Source of the DNA: an uncultured Bacilli bacterium
GTDB lineage: Bacteria > Bacillota_I > Bacilli_A > ML615J-28 > CAG-313
Direction of reading: 5' to 3'
Assembly: GCA_934140285.1 (NCBI GenBank)
Contig: CAKPBI010000006.1
Coordinates: 7,042 to 71,041 of the forward strand
DNA: 64,000 nucleotides
Of the stretch, positions 58,720 to 64,000 are shown piece after piece. The notes below the pieces were generated by a model. That model was given only the letters and a program-made list of their open reading frames with translations. It did not search any database and was not told the DNA's origin. Each line of letters opens with the position of its first letter. Within the stretch, counting starts at the first letter, position 1. Made by a program: the position numbers and the translations under genes.

Positions 58720-59349
58720 ATGGAAAAAAAGAAAATTAAAAAGATAATTAGAATAACCAGTTTATTAATAGTGATATTTGTATTGTTAGCGATACCTACT
58801 TTAAAAATGTGTTATCCACGTTGTATATATTCAGAAAAAGCTCATTATAGAAGAATTCAAAAAAGAATAGAAGAAAGATTTATTGAAACTGGTGTACATA
58901 AAGAATATGAGCTATACCCATTATATGATGAGAATGATCAATTAAAATATTTTGTTGTTGATTTTCCAACTAATTATCATATTATAAATATAAATTCATT
59001 TGATTATAGTTGTATTTCTGGTACATCATTATATTCACTATCTATAACTAATCCATGGCAAAGATATGTCTTAGAAAATGGAGAAAAAGTATATGAAAAA
59101 GATGAAGATGGTAATGATATATTTTATAATCAAAGTCCATATAAAGTTGCAGGAATAAAAGATGAAAAAAGATATTTAATTAAAATTAGACAAGGATCTA
59201 ACTCAGATTTTGTTCCTGCAGTAAAAAGAGGAGATAAGTATTTAAATCTAATATCAATGAAAGAAGAAGAAATAGTACTAAAATCAAATGAAGAAGTAAA
59301 TGAAACATTCTATACATTTTATTCACCAAAGCCACAGTTTAATTTATAA
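58720..59349 (+). CDS. paralog 4 of the tandem family (most divergent N-terminus)
   Basis: The anchor differs (MCYPRC), the C-terminal tail resembles copy 1 and the mid-region resembles copy 3. A 20-bp palindrome GCAAACAATTAATTGTTTGC (58676-58695) lies upstream. Confidence 0.6.
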   Translation: MEKKKIKKIIRITSLLIVIFVLLAIPTLKMCYPRCIYSEKAHYRRIQKRIEERFIETGVHKEYELYPLYDENDQLKYFVVDFPTNYHIININSFDYSCISGTSLYSLSITNPWQRYVLENGEKVYEKDEDGNDIFYNQSPYKVAGIKDEKRYLIKIRQGSNSDFVPAVKRGDKYLNLISMKEEEIVLKSNEEVNETFYTFYSPKPQFNL

Positions 59350-59417
59350 AAATATATGATAATTATTATATAAAAATGAATTTATATAAATGAAAATAAA
59401 AATTTAAGGAGTACAAT

Positions 59418-62400
59418 ATGAAGAGCATTATCACAAGAAATTTATTTAAATTAACACTAATTTTATTAAGTATAGTAACACTACTTTATATAATTAAACC
59501 ATCAAATGTAAATGCAAATGTAGGTGTAGATACATTAAACTCCAAAGGAGATGAAGAAATAGCAATCAAATATGAGAATGAACATAATTTATCTGATATT
59601 AAATTAATAAAAAATGCTACATATTTCAAAAATAACCCAAAGCATGGTAATAATGATGGAACTATAAACTCTAAGGGAACATGTACTACTGTTGCAATGC
59701 AACTTTTAATGGGGTATCATAATTATTATAGTTATAGAAAAATAATTCCTGAATATGGAAATGATGGAGAAAAATTTTTGGAGGATAATTATGGCGATTT
59801 ATTGGAACATCCATCAATAAATGATGAAGTAGGAGAAGGACAAGGAAAAGCCAGTATAGGAACAACAGATGATTTTTATCTTGAATTGATAGAATTAAAC
59901 GATGTATCACAAGGAACTGCTTTAGGACAAGCAATTGGCGTTGTTAAAGATGCAGCTGAAAAATTTGTGAATAAATATACAGATTTAACAGATGCTTCAA
60001 TAACTATTGATTCAGGGATATATGATGAGGCAGAAGCGTTATCGGAAATTAACAAGGACAATCCAATAATTCTAGGATATAATCCTTTTAAAACTGATGA
60101 TTATTCATTTCATATAGTAGTTGCATATGGATATGCGAAATACAATAATGTTGAAGGATATATAGTTCATTGTGGTTGGGGAGATTATAAAAACTATGCC
60201 TGGATTCCAGAAAGCTTAATTGCATTTAAAATTAAAATGAATGTTATACATAATCACAATTTACAATATACTGGTGAAACAGTGCAAGATAGTTATCGAG
60301 TATTACGATGCACTTCATGTGGGTATGAAGAACTAGAGTGTGTGTATCAATTAAATGAAGATGGAAATGCAATAACAGGTATAAAATATCCATTAAATGA
60401 AAATATAACAATTCCAGATAAAATATATAATAAAACTATTAATGTAATTTCTAATAATGCATTTTCACAAAATGCTGAAATAAAAAGAGTAGATTTTTCT
60501 GATTCACTTAATATAATTGGTGAAAATGCATTTTATAATTGTCCAAATTTAGAGTTAATAAACATAAGTGGTAATTTGCAAAGCATAGGAAAATCTGCTT
60601 TTAAAAATTGTCCAAATTTAACATATGTCAATAATTTCAGTAATATAAATACCATAGAAGAAAGTGCATTTGAGGAATGTTCTAACTTGAGAGCGGTTGA
60701 TTTTCCTTCAACGTTAATAAGTATAGGAAATTCAGCATTTAAAAATTGTTCAAAATTAAATTCTGCTTTAATGAAAGGAAATTTAAAAAATATTGGAAAT
60801 AATGCATTTGAAGGTTGTACATCTTTGTGGAGAGTTGAACTATCCGAAATGCTTGAAACAATAGGAGAATCTGCATTCAAAGGGTGTACAAGTTTAATTT
60901 TACTTGATATGAAAGATAATGTAATAAATATCAAAAAAAATGCATTTGAAGGTTGTGCATCTTTGAAAAACTTTACACTCTCAACAAGTCTTGAAACAAT
61001 AGGAGAATCTGCATTTAAAGGTTGTAAATTACTTAATAATATTACTTTACCAAATAGTCTAAAAACAATAGGTTCAAGTGCCTTTATGAATTGTGAGGGT
61101 CTTACAAGTATATCTATACCTTATCAAATTGAAATAATTGAGTCTAATGTATTTATAAATTGTACTTCATTACAAGAAATAACTATTCCAAATAATTGTA
61201 AAATAATTAAAGATTCAGCATTTAAATATTGTACAAGTTTAAATAAAATAAATATACCTAATACCTTACAAGAAATAGGTGTAAGTGCCTTTGAACATTG
61301 TGAGAGTATAAAAAACATTGAACTACCAGATTCAATAACAAAAATAGGGGAAAATGCATTTTATAGGTGTCTTAAACTTGAAACAATTCATTTGCCAGAA
61401 AACCTTCAAATAATTGAAAACAATACGTTTTATGGCTGTAACAAAATTGTAACAATTCATTTACCTGAAAATCTTCAAGCAATTAAAAACAGAGCTTTTT
61501 ATGGTTGTAGTGGTCTAAAGAATATATCTCTTCTTTTCAAAGTTGAAGAAGTAGGAGATGAAGCATTCTCAAGATGTTTTGAATTAGAAAGAGTATACAT
61601 TAAAAAAGAAACAGGTAGATTAACATCATTTGGGGTAAATGTTTTTGAGTTTACATCTAGAGATTTAAAGATTATAGTCCCTTTAAATAAATATGTTGAA
61701 TATTCAATTAGTAGTAATCTAACAACTTACAAAGATATAATTTTACCAAGTAATTATATTAATGAATTAACATTAAACTGTAAGAGTAATTTAAATAATA
61801 CCATCTCTCTTACAAGTGGATATAATAAACTTTATATTTTAAATATTGATTGTGCTAAAACATATAAAATACTTGCTGATGCGTCATCTGATGTAAATAT
61901 TAAAATATATAAAGATGATTTAACTAAAATATATGATGATAATAATATCAGTTACCCATATTTAAATGTTGGTATGTATTATTTATCAGTAGAATATGTT
62001 GATGAAACATCATCTGGTGATCTTAATCTTAATCTTACATTAAGATGGAATACTAATGATACCACCTTAACTATGGGCTCAAATGATATTAAGAGTGCGT
62101 TACATAAGACTACAAATGATTTATATCATGGTTACTTTGAATTAATAGTAACTAGAAGTAATTCAGTATATAAATTTACTTTTAATGCGGGTAATAATAT
62201 AGTATATCCAGAAGGTTGCATTAAAGTATATAATGGCTATGATAGAACTAACTTAATGACTCGTTTAGGCGGAAATTCTCTCGCAAAAACTGAAACTAAC
62301 GAAAATCAAATGTATGTATTTTTTAATACAGATAATACTAGATGCAATATAACTATTGAACTTCCATATGATACTTATAATTCAATAACATTTGAAGTTG

Positions 62401-63395
62401 AAGAAATAGATGATTATCAAACCGATTATCTAAATAGTCTTGCTAGTGTATGCTTTGATGAAATATTATCAAATAGAACTGCCCAAAGTACATTTAAAGA
62501 AGTAACTATTAGCCATCGTTCTAAAATTCAATTAGACATTGTGACAAGTGGAACTATTACAAATAATATTCCTATTTATATTATAAGTAAAGAACGAGAA
62601 GGAGGACTAGACATTGGTGTAGTTAGTTATGTATTAACAACCAAACTAAGTGAATGTATTACTATAGATCATAGCGGTCCAGTATTTACCAGTATTTTAG
62701 ATCCTGGAACTTACTATATTGGGTATACCAAAAATAATAATAATGTAAATATTAGTTTTGCTTTAAAAAGACTTGTAAATCAAGAACTAAATATTGGTGG
62801 AACCTTGGTTGCGGACCCAGCTAACGACTTAGGTTTCATCGCAGGAAGCGAAGTAACCTTAAATGGAGGAAGCTTTAGAGGTAATACAATAACTGAAGGC
62901 TTTACAAGACATCTCTATTTAATGGTTGAAAATGTTTTAGAAGAACCAATGTCAAGATTAGAATATGACTGGTATTCAAGTAATGAAAATGTTGCTAAAG
63001 TAACTGCTTATGGTACAGTACTTGCATTGAACGTAAATGCTGATACTGATGTTACCATCTACGCAGTAAATAAAGATGATCCATCAAGAGTATATTTAAA
63101 AACCTTTACCATCAAGAAAGAAACAGAAACTGATCCAATCTTTATATCTTGTGAAATGTCATATTCTTATGCACAAGAAAATGGAAGATACACCTTAGAA
63201 TTAGATTTTAGTAATAGTCCATTCCCATATCTAGCTTACTATGACTATAGTATAGAAGATAATGATAACATTGGAGCAGCTATAGTTGGTTTTGGCTTTA
63301 TGTATTCAAATAGACCAGGAACTGTAGAAATCACATTAAATTATCGATTAAATAGAAGAGTCTTTATTTACATTACTTTAACAATAACTGAATAA
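59418..63395 (+). CDS. large secreted/cell-surface protein: N-terminal papain/C39-like cysteine peptidase domain, BspA-type leucine-rich repeat array, C-terminal beta-rich domains
   Basis: It has a signal peptide. GTCTTVAMQLLMGYHNYY has a Cys-peptidase-like Cys, followed by HIVVAYGY and HCGWGD. About 20 repeats of the type IGxxAFxxCxxLxxIxIPxxL follow, which is the LRR_5/BspA type. A terminator lies at 63399-63428. Confidence 0.65.
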   Translation: MKSIITRNLFKLTLILLSIVTLLYIIKPSNVNANVGVDTLNSKGDEEIAIKYENEHNLSDIKLIKNATYFKNNPKHGNNDGTINSKGTCTTVAMQLLMGYHNYYSYRKIIPEYGNDGEKFLEDNYGDLLEHPSINDEVGEGQGKASIGTTDDFYLELIELNDVSQGTALGQAIGVVKDAAEKFVNKYTDLTDASITIDSGIYDEAEALSEINKDNPIILGYNPFKTDDYSFHIVVAYGYAKYNNVEGYIVHCGWGDYKNYAWIPESLIAFKIKMNVIHNHNLQYTGETVQDSYRVLRCTSCGYEELECVYQLNEDGNAITGIKYPLNENITIPDKIYNKTINVISNNAFSQNAEIKRVDFSDSLNIIGENAFYNCPNLELINISGNLQSIGKSAFKNCPNLTYVNNFSNINTIEESAFEECSNLRAVDFPSTLISIGNSAFKNCSKLNSALMKGNLKNIGNNAFEGCTSLWRVELSEMLETIGESAFKGCTSLILLDMKDNVINIKKNAFEGCASLKNFTLSTSLETIGESAFKGCKLLNNITLPNSLKTIGSSAFMNCEGLTSISIPYQIEIIESNVFINCTSLQEITIPNNCKIIKDSAFKYCTSLNKINIPNTLQEIGVSAFEHCESIKNIELPDSITKIGENAFYRCLKLETIHLPENLQIIENNTFYGCNKIVTIHLPENLQAIKNRAFYGCSGLKNISLLFKVEEVGDEAFSRCFELERVYIKKETGRLTSFGVNVFEFTSRDLKIIVPLNKYVEYSISSNLTTYKDIILPSNYINELTLNCKSNLNNTISLTSGYNKLYILNIDCAKTYKILADASSDVNIKIYKDDLTKIYDDNNISYPYLNVGMYYLSVEYVDETSSGDLNLNLTLRWNTNDTTLTMGSNDIKSALHKTTNDLYHGYFELIVTRSNSVYKFTFNAGNNIVYPEGCIKVYNGYDRTNLMTRLGGNSLAKTETNENQMYVFFNTDNTRCNITIELPYDTYNSITFEVEEIDDYQTDYLNSLASVCFDEILSNRTAQSTFKEVTISHRSKIQLDIVTSGTITNNIPIYIISKEREGGLDIGVVSYVLTTKLSECITIDHSGPVFTSILDPGTYYIGYTKNNNNVNISFALKRLVNQELNIGGTLVADPANDLGFIAGSEVTLNGGSFRGNTITEGFTRHLYLMVENVLEEPMSRLEYDWYSSNENVAKVTAYGTVLALNVNADTDVTIYAVNKDDPSRVYLKTFTIKKETETDPIFISCEMSYSYAQENGRYTLELDFSNSPFPYLAYYDYSIEDNDNIGAAIVGFGFMYSNRPGTVEITLNYRLNRRVFIYITLTITE

Positions 63396-63425
63396 AAAAG
63401 AAAAGGTAGCTTAAACTACCTTTTT

Positions 63426-64000
63426 TTAAACGCCTTGTAAGATATTAAGATTTCTTAGTTCAGGATCTTTGATTTGATTATTAACAGAATATGAATGAGT
63501 ATCTAGATTATTACATTTTTCTTTGGTGTAATTTTTATCAATTAATTCACTGATTATTCTTTCTGATATTAATGAGATTAATTCTTGTTTTTTAATGATG
63601 GTTTCTTTATCATTATTGTTTAGAATTAAAAAGGATAAGTCATCTTTTAAGTCACTTAATAATGTTAAGTTATCAAGTCCTTTAAACATCCATTTATAAT
63701 ATGGCATAAGTGTATTATTTAAAAGATAAATACAGTTTATAGCATGTTTTACAAATTCAAATAAAGATACTTGTGCACCACTTAAATCATTTCTTTGAAT
63801 CATTCTTGTAAAATTATACATTCCTGATTGATGCATTAAAAATAAGTTTCCCGCAAGTTTTTTTAGGATAACATCTTGAGGAATATTTTTTAGGTTATTT
63901 CTTACAATACTAAATACTCCAAGATCATCTTTAAATACTTCACCATTAGTTGCTTCAAGAATGTAGAATTCTTCAACTTTCAACCAATCAGTTAAGGTTT
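63426..64000 (-). CDS. hypothetical protein, 5' end probably beyond window
   Basis: The frame stays open from the TTG start-like codon at 63983 to the window edge. It shares a bidirectional terminator with the LRR gene. There is a faint resemblance to nucleotidyltransferase-associated helical domains. Confidence 0.3.
   Translation of the reverse strand, partial: TLTDWLKVEEFYILEATNGEVFKDDLGVFSIVRNNLKNIPQDVILKKLAGNLFLMHQSGMYNFTRMIQRNDLSGAQVSLFEFVKHAINCIYLLNNTLMPYYKWMFKGLDNLTLLSDLKDDLSFLILNNNDKETIIKKQELISLISERIISELIDKNYTKEKCNNLDTHSYSVNNQIKDPELRNLNILQGV

Larger units (their letters stand above)
56638..59349 (+). repeat. tandem array of four ~715-bp repeat units (gene plus intergenic), mosaic
   Basis: There are long stretches of nucleotide identity between non-adjacent copies. 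The intergenic regions before copies 3 and 4 are also repeated. Confidence 0.7.

Noticed and set aside
2208-61318. Numerous 60-133 aa ORFs on the strand opposite to long conserved genes. Tracked examples are 2208-2498, 4183-4401, 5813-6052, 8680-8886, 8971-9189, 10443-10625, 13158-13400, 14659-14868, 16698-16970, 21810-22016, 23193-23402, 24258-24458, 27508-27717, 31112-31303, 32283-32465, 32431-32751, 33187-33378, 43762-44097, 44588-45057, 46029-46271, 46698-46994, 47599-47841, 50137-50382, 50718-50930, 51694-51909, 52166-52372, 52989-53306, 55226-55420, 59686-60061, 60533-60934 and 61124-61318.
   Set aside because: All are embedded antisense or out of frame inside genes with clear family signatures. 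They have low-complexity, AT-codon-driven composition, no RBS, and one overlaps a tRNA. They were treated as spurious.
1-64000. CRISPR arrays, rRNA genes, and transposase, integrase or IS elements.
   Set aside because: No regularly spaced direct repeats with unique spacers were seen. No rRNA-like GC-rich conserved blocks were seen. No ORF had DDE, tyrosine-recombinase or serine-recombinase motifs. The only tandem repeats are the protein-coding paralog array and short operator-like motifs.
1-64000. Mycoplasma/Spiroplasma genetic code 4 (TGA=Trp), given the very low GC and the Mollicutes-like feel.
   Set aside because: TGA clearly terminates well-conserved genes at their expected C-termini (nadK, rnfA and others), and no in-frame TGA occurs inside conserved proteins. 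The standard code applies.

Overview
This 64 kb window is AT-rich (about 30% GC) and reads as a chromosomal segment from a low-GC, Firmicutes-type anaerobe. It uses the standard genetic code: TGA is a stop (for example at the ends of nadK and rnfA), so it is not a code-4 Mycoplasma. Gene order is Bacillus-like: rsmD-coaD-ylbJ, tig-clpX-lon, secG-rnr-smpB. Coding density is high and mostly on the + strand.

In order, the window holds:
1. A housekeeping block: SIS-domain protein, PfkB-NUDIX fusion, cobB, dut-like, lysA, rsmD, coaD, an Amidase_3/LysM amidase, tRNA-Arg(TCT), a DUF885 lipoprotein, tig, clpX, lon, secG, rnr, smpB.
2. tRNA-Leu(GAG), followed by about 17 kb of accessory DNA (roughly 21.8-38.6 kb) with no integrase. 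It contains XRE-RhuM, a DinJ-like fusion protein, two tandem copies of a module made of an HTH-Fic AMPylator plus an ECF-sigma-like protein with a large C-terminal extension, a frameshifted pnuC behind an attenuator-like leader, GNATs, TetRs and small membrane peptides.
3. A redox/fermentation block: Fe-alcohol dehydrogenase, NUDIX, 3-hydroxyacyl-CoA dehydrogenase, a tandem FMN-bind-like lipoprotein, an ApbE lipoprotein, rnfCDGEA (no rnfB seen), a NusG-II protein, a Gx transporter, nadK and nfnAB-like genes. ATCGAT palindromes phased at 14 bp sit at the promoters of this block.
4. A GH3 NagZ-like gene and an amidohydrolase.
5. A tandem array of four mosaic paralogous genes for small secreted or membrane-anchored proteins, immediately upstream of a 1325-aa BspA-type LRR surface protein with an N-terminal papain/C39-like domain.

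No CRISPR array, rRNA, transposase or integrase was seen. The most system-like novelties are the duplicated Fic-sigma modules in the tRNA-Leu-linked island, the FMN-bind-like/ApbE/Rnf/NusG-II/Gx cluster with phased ATCGAT operators, and the recombining 4-gene paralog array next to the LRR surface protein.

All calls come from reading motifs in the translated ORFs and the DNA by eye. No database search was run.
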